Shown here: positions 46,624 through 57,522 of the stretch, piece after piece
How the letters are laid out: every line of letters starts with the position of its first letter
How positions within the stretch are numbered: the stretch's first letter is position 1
NCBI GenBank assembly: GCA_014905635.1
Contig: JABVCE010000015.1
Span: forward strand, 744,001 to 808,000
Reading direction: 5' to 3'
Source: Scenedesmus sp. PABB004
Taxonomy: Eukaryota
DNA length: 64,000 nt
Program-made: the position numbers and the translations under genes
The notes under the pieces: model-generated
What the model saw: the letters and a program-made list of their open reading frames with translations, nothing else
Database searches by the model: none
Told to the model about the DNA's origin: nothing

Positions 46624-49600
46624 ATGCGCCGGCCGCGCTGCGCGCCGCTGGCGCTGCTGCTGGCGGCCGCGCTGCTGCGGCAGTGCGGCGCCAGCCGCCA
46701 GCTCCCGGGGTCGGACCCCGCGGGCCGCGCCCTGCTGCAGGAGGAGGACGACGAGGCGGCGGGCCTGGGCCTCGCCGCCGCCGCCGCGCCCGCGGGGCTG
46801 CCCCCCGCGTGCACCGTCGGCGCCGGCACCACCGCGCTCTGCGCCGCCAACTGCGCCGTGTGCGACAAGTCGGCCCCCGGCGTGCTCCGCAAGGACCGGC
46901 CCTGCCTCTGCTGCAAGGCCGGCTACGTGCCGCACCCCACGCTCGCGGGCAAGTGCGTGCCGTGCGCCCTCAAGCGTTTCAGCCCAACGCCGGGCGCAAC
47001 CAAGTGCCTCGCCTGCCGCGACGGCCTGACCACGCTCAAGCGCGGCTCCACCAGCTGCGACGGTGAGCGCCGCCGAGCGGCCGGGGCCGGCTGCCGCCGC
47101 GCCTCCTCGCCGCGCGCACAACGCGCCGCCGGCCCACACCGCGCCTCTTCCGCCGCACCGCCGCCGCACACAGCCTGCCCGCCCGGCATGGAGGTTCGCC
47201 GCCTGGTGCGGACCGTGAACGGCGCGACCGTCCGCGTCCCTGTCTGCCGCCCGTGCACCGTGGGCCGGGCCTCGCCCGGCGGCGCCATCGCGCTGGCGCC
47301 AACCAGCCCCCTCGCGCCGCGGTGCAAGGCCTGCCCCACCGGCCGCACCACCCTCGCACGCGGCGCAGCCACCTGTGACGGTGCGGGGGAAGCGCGCTGC
47401 GTGCGGCGGCAAACAGCGCGCCGGCGCGCGGCGACGAGGCCAGCACCAACCCCGCCGCCGCCCCGCCAAACCCACCCGCCACGCCGCCCCGCAGCCTGCC
47501 AGTCCGGGCATGGTGGCGCGACGTGCGCGGAGTGCGAGGCCAACCAGTTCTCCGCCGGCGGCGCCGCGACGACCACGGCCTGCCAGGCGTGCGAGCCCGG
47601 CACGAGCTCCCTGCCCGGCGCCTCCAGCTGCGAGTCGGGTGCGCTTGCGGCACACGCCCGTGCTCGCTGGGTTGTTGGCTCAGGCCTCAAGCTGCTGGCT
47701 GCACGCCGCCACCGCTCACTGCCACCGCGCGCCTCTGCCCGCACGCAGAGCTGCCGCTGCCCTCCCCCCTGCCCCCCTCGCCGTCGCCCGCGCTGCCCAT
47801 GGTGCTGGTCGCGCAGCTCACCGTGCGCGTGAGCGGGCCCTGCAACGCCACACTGCACGACGCGCTCGTGTCCGCCACCGCCGCCGCGCTGGGCGGCAAT
47901 GCAGAGGTCAAGAAGACCGTCTGCACCAACGTGCGCTGCTCGCTCTGCATGGGGTTGTGCGGCTGCGTTGATGCCGGCGCGCGCAAGCCCCACCGCGTGC
48001 CGTCCCGGCTCACCCCGCCGCCGGCCCCGCTGCCTGTCGCCGCGCGCTTGCCGCCGCCCGACCGCCCCCCAGGATTCAGCGCGGCGCCGCCGCCCGCTGG
48101 CCGTGCCTCGCGCGACGACGGGGGGCGCGAGCTACGGCATGCAGGTCCTGTCCAGCGGCGACCCCGCCCCGGTGCTGCAGACACTCAACAGCCAGCCCTT
48201 CAAGGACGCGCTGCACGACGCCGCCGCCGGCCTGGGCGCGGACGTGACGGGCGTTGGTGGGTGCTCGTGGCTGGCAGATGGGCGCGCAGGGTGTTTGGCG
48301 CGCGTGCCGCTGCCGCTCGCTCGCGGCCGCCGGCGTTGACCGCGCGCCGCCCGCCCTGCCGCAGTCGTGGTGACTGAGCTCGGCACGAGCCCCAGCCCGT
48401 CACCGGCGCCGGTCGCAAGCCCCTCGCCGACACCCGCCAGCCCCAGCCCCAGCCCGGCAAGCCCCAGCCCGGCGCCCCCGGCAAGCCCCAGCCCCTCCCC
48501 TGACAGTGGCGGCGGCGGTGGTGGGTGGTGGGTGCCAACCTGCGGAAGCTTCAACTGCGACCACGGAGTGCCCCGGCCGGCCACCACCGCCGGCTCCTCC
48601 GCGGCGGAGTGCTGCGTGAGTGGCTGCCATGGCCAGCGAGGGCGCGCGCACTGCTCCCCGGCACCCGACAGACGGCAGGCCTTGCTGACCTGCCACACCG
48701 CGCTCCGCCCCTTGCAGCGCACCTGCTCGTCCGTGTCTTGCGCCGGCGCCAACAGCCGCGGCGTCGACGTGGCCAAGGGCGTCGCCCCGACCTTTGCAAC
48801 CTGCTGCGTGCGTGCTGCCGCCGCGCCGCGCCTGGCGCCCTGGCCCACCCGCAGCACCCAGCGCGCCGCGCCGCGCTCACCTGCTGCACTGCTGCCGCCC
48901 CTGTGTGCGCGCAGGACGCGTGCCCGGCATTACTCTGCGAGGGCCTCCCCAACAGAAGCCCCGTGCCGCAGCTGGACGCCGCCAGCGACGCGACCAAGGA
49001 GATCTGTTGCGTCACGCCGGTCGTCGAGCAGCCGGTGGTCAACGTGGGCCTGCAAATGGCAAAGTGCGATGCGGGCGCGGCAGTCGTCATGGCGGCCAGC
49101 CTGCAGGCGCAGCTCACGCAGGGCATGAGGCCAGAGGAGGCAGCCAACATCGTGGTCACGCCTGACACCTGCAACGGCACCACCGGCGGCCGCCGGCTGC
49201 TGGGCAGCGTCACCTATACGTTCAAGATCACCACGCTGCCGGGGCTGAGCGTGCAGCAGAACCAGGAAGCCGCGACGGCGCTCGCGGACGCGCTGGGCAT
49301 CGGCAGCTCTGGCACCAGCACGGTGGAGGAGATTGTCAGCCAGATCATCGAGGTGAGCGGGGCTAGCAGCTAACCGGGGCGACCTGCCGCAGGCCGCGCT
49401 GCAGCGCGCGGCCCGCGGCCGGCGCCCACGGCTGCCCGCCTGCCCCGCACACTGCGCGCCCAGGTGCTGGAGACCAGTACGGTGGCGGTGGCGGAGCTGG
49501 TGGACGTGGTCAACTCTGCCATAGAGGCGGCCAACGCGGAACTGACGGCTGCTGGGAGCACCGAGATGTTTGTGCTGGTTGACGCGACCACGGCGGCCAG

Positions 49601-52600
49601 CTTTGTGGAAGGTGCGGCCTCCGGGTAGCGCCACGCGTTTGACCGCGGCGCAGGCCCCGCCCACTTCTCTTCACGCTGCCGTTGCCGCCGCTGCCGCAGT
49701 GGTCTCGGTGTCGGTCTGCGACTACCCGCCGCTGTTTGCCGGCGTCTCGTGGAGCCAGGAGTGCGCGGGGTACGTCGAGGGCGACGTCTGCACCGGCGTG
49801 TGCTCGACAGGGTTTGGCACGCGCGCCGCGATGTGTGGGGCCGGCGGCACCTGGGTGGAGGACAGCTCCACATGCCCTGAACCCCCGGCGGTGCTGCAGC
49901 CGTGCATCGGCCAGCCCGATGCGGTCGCCAACGCAACGTGGCCGGCCTGCGCCAACCGCGACGAGTGCACCGCTGTGTGCGAGGCCAACTTCAAGGGCGG
50001 CGTGACCTCGACCTGCGACAAGACTTCTGGGCACTGGACCACGCCGTCAGGCGCCTGCACCAAGAGTGCGCCCCCGCGCGCTGCCGGGCTGGCGCTCGCG
50101 CGCCGCAGCGCGGCGCGGGCGCCGGCCGCCGCGCTGGCTGACGCCCACGCTGCCCCGCCACCGTGCAGTCACCTGCCCGCTGCCGATCCCCATCAACGTC
50201 ACCAACGCCAAGTGGCCCAGCTTTTGCCTCAACGGCGTGGATGCCGTCTGCAACGCGACGTGCGTTGGCGAAGGCACGCAGCCCAGCGCGCGCTGCACGC
50301 TCGTTGCCGGCGCGGACACGGCGGAGTGGAAGAGCACGTCGGCAGGCGACTGCACTGCTCTCTACCTGGCTGGCGCGACGTGCACAGATGCAAAGCCGGG
50401 CGCGTCCCCTGCCGTGCGCGTGCCCTGCCCGAGCGACAAGGGTCAGGACCCGGCCAAGGTCGGCACGATCATTAACGACATGACCGTCACTCAGGCGCAG
50501 GACGCGTGCTGCATCGCGGTGCGCCGCGCTGTGTCAGCGTCAGCGTTCGGCACGCCACGCGCCTGCCAGCCGGCCGGCTGCGCGCGCCGACCCGCCGCCG
50601 CGCTGCCGCCGCAGTTCTACGCTGCGAACACGACCTGCACCACTGCAGACCCCGTGGTCAAGTGTCCATCCGGCTGGATGGTGCGCGCGTGTCGCCGCTC
50701 CACATGCCGTCACCGCTGCTGCCGCTGCCTCGCACTGTCCTTCACATTGCCCATGCTGCCTGCCTGCCGCAGCCCAAGACCAGCCCGGCCGTCATCGCCA
50801 TTGCCAACCTGCTGCCAGGCTCCAACGACGTGCGCAACGCCTGCTGCGACCAGCTGCTGCCAGCCGGCGCAAAGTGCGCAAACCGGGACGGCAACGACAC
50901 CACAACCGGCGACGCGTTCCAGTGGTGAGCGAGCGGTCAGCGCCCCCGCGGGTGGGGAGGCCTGCGCTGCGGGGCTCGCAGCCTGCCCTGACCGCTGCGC
51001 CCACCGCCCTGCCTGCAGCAAAACCACGCTGCAGCCCAACTGGCAGTACGATGCCAGCCAAAACAGCACCGGCATTGCCGACGCCACAAACGCTGAGGCC
51101 AGATCGAAGTGCTGCACCCCGGTGGGCACAGGGGATCAGCCGCTGCGGCGAGAAGGGCTGCTGGCCTCTCGCCACCGTGTGTGCGCAGGCTCGCACGGCA
51201 CCCCAGCGCGCGCGGCTGCACCTCACCCGCCTGCCACCGCTGCTGCCCTGCCCTCCCACCCACGCAGCTCTACGCCGCCGGCGCCACCTGCGGCAACCTG
51301 ACCGGGCCCGCAGGCACGGGTGAATACAACTGCACGTCTTTCCTTGGTGACTTCCCCAACTCCCTCTTTGTCAACGGCCTGGTCGGCGGCATGACCAAGG
51401 CCGATGCGGGGGCGGTCTGCTGCACGGTGCGCCGGGCCGGGCTCGCTCCGCGCCCGGGCGTGCGCAGCGCCGCTGCGCGCGCCGCGACGGCCGCCCACTC
51501 TCTTCTCCGCTGACCGGCTCCTCCCCGCCTTTGCTGCCGCCTCTGCCCCGCGCACGCAGGGCTACCCCGACGGCGCGACGTGCGCCGACACCAACACCAA
51601 GGACACCGTCAAAACCGCCGTTGACTGTGAGCTAGCTGCGAGCTAGCTGCACATGCGCGCGCGCGCGCGCGCGCCGGCGGGCCGAGGGAGCAGCGCACGC
51701 GGCCGCCCACGCCGCAGCCGCGGCCGCCGCCGCCTCACCCGCCTCTCCCCACCAAACCTGCGCAGGCCTGTACACGGGCTACAAGTACGGCGCCGACGTT
51801 GACGCCAAGTCGATCACCGGCCTGAGCAACGTCGAGGCCAAGGTCGCCTGCTGCACCATCAAGGTGCGCGCGCACGCACGGCTGCGCGCGCGCGGCTGCG
51901 CACGTGCCCTGCGCCGCGCCGCGCCCTGCGCCGCGCCGCGCCGCGCCTCGCCAACCGCCAATGCGCGCCGCCCGGCTCCGCAGCTGTACCTGTACCCGGC
52001 CGGCTCCACCTGCGGCAGTGCTGCATTCGCGCCTGAGTTTTGTGGCGGGCCGTTCACCCAGGTCGTGTCGAGCGCCAACATCACCGCCCTGCCCGTCAAC
52101 GGCACGGAGGCCAAGCTCAAGTGCTGTACGCAGCGCGACGTGGCCCAAATGACGGGGACGACGCTGGCAAACTACAGCGCTGTCGGCACGACTGGCTACG
52201 CCACGCTGCCGGACAAGACGTTCTACATGACGCCGTTTGAGGTGGAGGGTGACCCGACCAAGCCACCTTCCAGCGTCGCCGCGGCCAAGATCGTGACGCT
52301 CGCTGACGAGCCTGCCGAGGTCATGGTCAGCGACATGGGCACGTTCAGCGTTGGCCCTGCCATCGGCGGGTTGGCGTTGGGCGGCAGTCCCGTCACCAAG
52401 GGCCTCAAGCTGCTGTCCTCCGGCACGGGCCCCGGCGTGGGCGACCTGGTCGGCGCGACCGTCACCTTTGCCGGCCGCGACGTCAACGACAAGCCCGGGC
52501 TGTTTGCCGGCGTCACGCTCAAGGACTTCTTTGACGGCGGCGGCGCCATTGAGTACAGCTACTACCGCGGCGCGACGATCGCCAAAACCACCGCCAGCCA

Positions 52601-55494
52601 GGCCGGCTGGAACGGCCTCGCTCCGACGCTGGAGCTGATCGTGCTCAACCCCGCCGCCCTGCCGGAGGCGCGCGTCAAGGGGCCGTACGTGCAGTTCAAG
52701 TTTGAGCCCGTCTACAAGGCCAGCCCGCCGCCACCAACCAACGAATGGGTGACGGAGACAATAACCAGGAACAGCAGCAGCGCCAACGCGGGAATGAACT
52801 CGTGGCTGATCGAGCACGTGCCGGGGGCCGTCGACTCCGCAGCAGCGCCGGGCTACGACGTTGGCAAGCTGTTGTTTGCCACGCGCAGCGAGGGGCCGCA
52901 CGCGGCGTACTACTGGCACTACTACACCGCGGTGGGCGCGTGGCTGACCACGGGCAAGCCCATGCAGCTGCTCAACTCTACCTTCCTGAGCAGCGCCATC
53001 ATTTACGAGAGTGAGTTGGCGGCTAGGCTTGCACGCCGCCACCGCCGCCGCGCCTGCATGCTCAAACTGCCCCCGCGCGTGCGCAGTCCGCCTGGTCAAC
53101 ACGGGCCCGCAGCTGAGCTACTTTGGCCACGTCAAGGCCACGCTGGGGACCAAGAGCTGGACCTGGCGGTTTGACAGCGATGCGGCCGTGCACGCCAGCG
53201 GCGCCACGTGCGGGCCCAGCTTTACAGGCTGCGCGTCCGGCACTTTGGCCAACCCAGCGGCGGCGTCGTCGCCCATCGCCGGCATGAGCGTGGGCGGCGC
53301 GCGCGCGCGCGAGGTGTGCTGCGCTGACGTGCAGACGCTGCTCAACGACGACTACACCTACTACCACCCCCTGGTCGGCTCCGAGGCGGCGCCGCTGTGC
53401 AACCCGGTCAAGAACGCGTGGTCGCACGAGAACACCTGCGTTGAGCCAAAGCTCGAGGGCAGCTGCCGCGGCGTGAGCCGCAAAATCAACTGGTGCGATT
53501 GACCGAAGCGCCTCGCACGGCTGCGCTGGGATGGCTGCGCGCGGCTGGCGCACGCGCGGCTGGGCTGCGCGGCGCTGGCCTGCGCGCGGCTGGCTTGTGC
53601 GCAGCTGGCGTCCGCGTTGCTGGCTTGCACGCGGCCGGCCTGCCCGCGGCTGGCCTGCGCCCACCTGCGCTTGCCGCCGTGGGCCAGGTACTTCTATTAT
53701 GGTGGCTGGCTGCCGACACCGCCCAAGGACCTCGTGGCCAACCTAGGTGAGTCGCGTGCGCGCAGGCTAGCCGCAGACTAGCCGCGCAGGCTAGCAGCAC
53801 AGCGCGCGCACCGGCTGACACGCGCCGTGCACCTGCCGCCGCCGTCGCGGGCATGCAGAGACGTACTGGATCAGGCTCATGCGCACCGGATCCAGTGACA
53901 ACCCGTGGCTGTCTCTCTACACAGAGAGGGAGGCAGACAACAACAACGCGGGCTCCTGGTACCGCAGCCGTTACCAGCCGAAGGCTCTGACTGGCTACCT
54001 GAACCTCAACGAAGAGGTCGTCTGGTACGCGCAGGGCAAGCCTGCCTCCGGCGCCTTCCCGGCCCTCGCCGGCGTCGACTCGGCCGCGTTCAAGTCGTTC
54101 GGCAACTTTGTCGACGCCGCCAGCGCCGACCTCGTGCGCAACACGAGCCTCTCCGGCGTCGCGCGCACACACGAGACGATCAAGGGCATCGCGCTCAACA
54201 GCAACAGCGCCTCTAACTCCTCCACCCAGATGTGGACGGTGTTTTCGGCGGGCTACAAGATTCGCGGCAAGGTGCGGCTGCATGGCATGGCACCTCCCTG
54301 CACAGCCGGCGGCCAGCGGAAAGCCACGCTGCTCGCATGGCATACGACCCACCCTGCCGTGCCCCACCCCCCGCCGCAGCCGCCCGTGACGCTGCAGCTC
54401 GAGTGCACGAGCCCCTACTTTGAGGTGGGTGCCACGTGCGCGACCGCCAACGCCGACTCACGGCTTGTGTGCGCGTCTGGCACCGAATACAACGCGGCAG
54501 CGTTCAACAAATCCATCGCCGGCGCGAGCGTCAACGGGCTGCACGCACGCGAGCTGTGCTGCAGGGAGGTCCATACGCTGAAGCACGCAGACTTCGGCGC
54601 CACCCACCCCCTGGTCGGCAAAGAGGCGCCGCCGCAGTGCGACGCGGAGAGGAACGGCTGGAAGCACGTCAACGAGTGCGGCACGCGCTACCTTAATGGC
54701 AGCTGCTCTAGCCCGCAGCGCAAGATCAACTGGTACTTCTATGGTGGCTTGATGTCCTCGCTCTCCACGGACAAGCTGGGCGAGCTGGGTGAGCGGCGCC
54801 GCTGACCGGCCGCGGCGCGTTGCCCGCCGCCAGCGGGGCCCGCAGCTGAGGCCGCCGCCCACGCCGCCGCTCGTTGCAGAGACGTTTTGGGTGAAGCTCG
54901 TGCACACCGGCGATAACAAGCTACCCTGGTTCTCGCTCTACACGCAGATGGAGAATGATACCTACAACTACGATAGTTGGTACCGCAGCTCTCTGCAGAT
55001 CTCTACGCCCGTTGGCAAGGAGGCCGACTACTTCCCGGTCAACCAGACGGTCGTGTGGTACGCGCAGGGCAGCCCGACAAAGGCAGACTTCCCGCCGCTC
55101 AACAACGTCACCTCCACCGATTTCAAGAGCCTCGGATTCTTCGCTGACACACCCAAAGACGGACTCAACCGCCGCCGTCACTCAGCCCTGGAGGGCCTCA
55201 CCCCAGCCACCAAACCCACCGTCTCGCCTGACGTCGAGAAGATCTTGGGCCTTGTCCTGAACAGCAACAGCGGCGACGCCAACGCGACCCAGCAGTGGAC
55301 GGTCCTCGCAGCCGGCTGGAAGATTGCTGGCAAGGTGCGCCGCGCCGCGCCGCTGCCGGGTGCCACAGCCTGCGCCGCCTAGGCTGCTCGGTAGGGCTGG
55401 CGCCTTTGGTTGCTGCTGAGCGTGCCCTCCGCCGCCGCCCCACCGCGCTCTGCAGCCGCCCGTGACGTTGCAGACTGTGTGCTCGGGCCTGTGA
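46624..55494 (+). CDS. Giant secreted Cys-rich modular protein, paralogue B
   Basis: Signal peptide MRRPRCAPLALLLAAALLRQCGA. Same domain order as paralogue A (CAANCAVC, DRPCLCCKAG, SGPCNATLHDALVSATAAALGG, DATKE.CC.TPVV.QPVVNVGL, RVKGPY). (Ser-Pro)n hinge at ~48387-48500. C-terminal duplicated domain. About 23 GT-AG introns. Last exon PPVTLQTVCSGL*, TGA at 55492-55494. Confidence 0.85.
53520..53660. repeat. Degenerate 15-bp minisatellite (consensus CTGCGCGCGGCTGGC) within intron 53493-53687
   Basis: About 9 tandem units visible (ctgcgcgcggctggc, gcacgcgcggctggg, ctgcgcggcgctggc, ...). Confidence 0.85.
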
Positions 55495-57522
55495 CGGCCT
55501 GCCGCGCACAAGTGCCTGCGGTTGACTGAATGTGCATGCGCTCGTGCCACGTCAGCTCTTGCATCAGGCTGTCTCCTCGCCATGGCCGTTTGTGAGACGG
55601 GTGGTCGGTCGCGACCACCCCGCATGCTCTTGCTCCACGTCAACCGCATCCTGCTCGGGCAACCCACCCACTTCGCGCCCAGCGCCCCGCCTTGCGCTGC
55701 GGCGCGTCGAGTATCTTGTGTGTCGTGCGCTCTGCGCTGTCATCCTAAAGGGGGCCGGCCCATGCCGCCGCCCGGCTGCCCGGGCGGCGGGCCCCACACA
55801 CGCGCGCCCCCTGCACTTGAGGCTGCTGCTGGACGAACGCTTGCTCGCAACCCAACGCCCGTTGCTGCTGCCCAATGCAGCGCACACCTGTCTGCATGAC
55901 TGCGCAGCACCGCCACCCAACCACGCGTCTGCCTGCACCTCTGCACGGACCGCCCACATCCCAGCACTGAACGCCTGCATGCGCCCGCGTGCAGCCAAGC
56001 AATCGCCCGGTGCGCACGAGCGCCACCCTGCCTCGCCCAACACAATTGGCGCGCCGGTTTGCGCCGCGCTGCGCCCGCGCCTTGCCTTGCCCAACACAAT
56101 CGACGTGCGCTTGTTTGTGGCACTGCGCGCTGCCTGAAACAGCCCAGCGGCACGTGGTTGAGTGTTGGAGCCTCATGTTGTTGTTGCATTGCACTCTTGG
56201 AGCACTGTGCCCCGCCACGTCCCCAGGCCCCCTGCCATGCGGGCGGCGCCGCCACCTCGCCACCATGCCTCCCCCAGCCCCACCCACTTGCGTCGGCGCG
56301 TCGCCGCGCCGGCGGCCTTGTTGTGTTGTTGCATGAGCGCAAGACTTGAGCAGTTGGGCTGCCTTGTGTCGCGTCGATAGCATCGGACTGGAAGCTCCTG
56401 CAGCGGCGCCCGCGCCAGACTGCCCGGGCCGCGCGCCCATTAGGAAGTGGGAAGTTGCTGGACCGTACGGTGATCGCCTGTCTCGCACTTGCTGGAAGCT
56501 CCCGTGCGCTCCCGCGCCACGTCAGCCACCCCTCGCCTTGCCACCCGGGGCAGGCGCGGCCAACACGCACCTGGTTTACCAGGCGTGCGTTTTGCCGCGG
56601 ATGCCGCTGGGCACAGCCCCCGTGCGTGACGCGCAAGCAAGACTGTTGCCGCGGCCAGGCCGCGCGCCTGGCTGCACCCTACTGGCAGGGAGGCCGTTGT
56701 TGGCCGGGCTGCCTGCGCGCGCACCGCGCTGGCCGAGCCCGGCATGGCAGGCAACGCATGCCAGGCCCTTGTTCTCTGCATGACAGCCGCCCCCTCGCGT
56801 TGGCGGTGTGGGCCTGATCAGGGCCGCCGTGCCCGCACGCTGACTGGGGCTGCAGCTGCGTAGCGTGCGCGCCGCGTGCTGCGGCGCAGCAGCCCAGCAC
56901 GGCAGGCTGCCTGCCTCGTTGATCAATCTCGCAGACCTGGCTTTGCGTATTGCTCGCTCGGTGTCACTGCCTCGTCCCCCCGCAAAACGTTCGAAACACT
57001 GCGGCAAGACAGGGCAGAGTTGTTCACCTGTGTCTCGCTGCTGTCTGCCCTGCCTCAGACCCCCATTCTGCTCTTTCTGCCCTTCTGCCCTTCCGCTCTG
57101 TCGTTGATCCGAGTTGACCTTGTCGGCGCCGTGAGCCGCAACTGCAACGCTGAACTGAGCAACAACAATACCCGTCCCACGCGCACGGCAGCAAGAGCCA
57201 CACGGTCTGCCGGCAGCGGCGTGCCAGCCACCAGCACGCGCGGCGCACGCTGCCAGCCCGCCGCGCGCCGCTGGCGCGCGCCACTCAGCTGCCAGCGTGG
57301 CGCGCTCGCGACCCAGCGGCAGCGGCGTCCAATCAGCGCCCCGCTCGCTGCTGCTGGCCGCGCTCGCTCGCGTGGCGGTTGCGGCTGCCGCGCGGCGGCA
57401 TCGCTGCGGCGAGCAGCCTGAGCAGCTCGAGGCGGGCGGAAACGGCAGCAGATCGCGTTACTGGGGTGCCGCCAGCGCTCACGCGCGCGCCGGCCAGGTC
57501 GACGCCGCTGCGCGCGACCCGC

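Noticed and set aside
53493..53750. ORF with LRAAG pentapeptide repeats
   Set aside because: It is the translation of an intronic 15-bp minisatellite. The flanking exons join to restore RKINWYFY.
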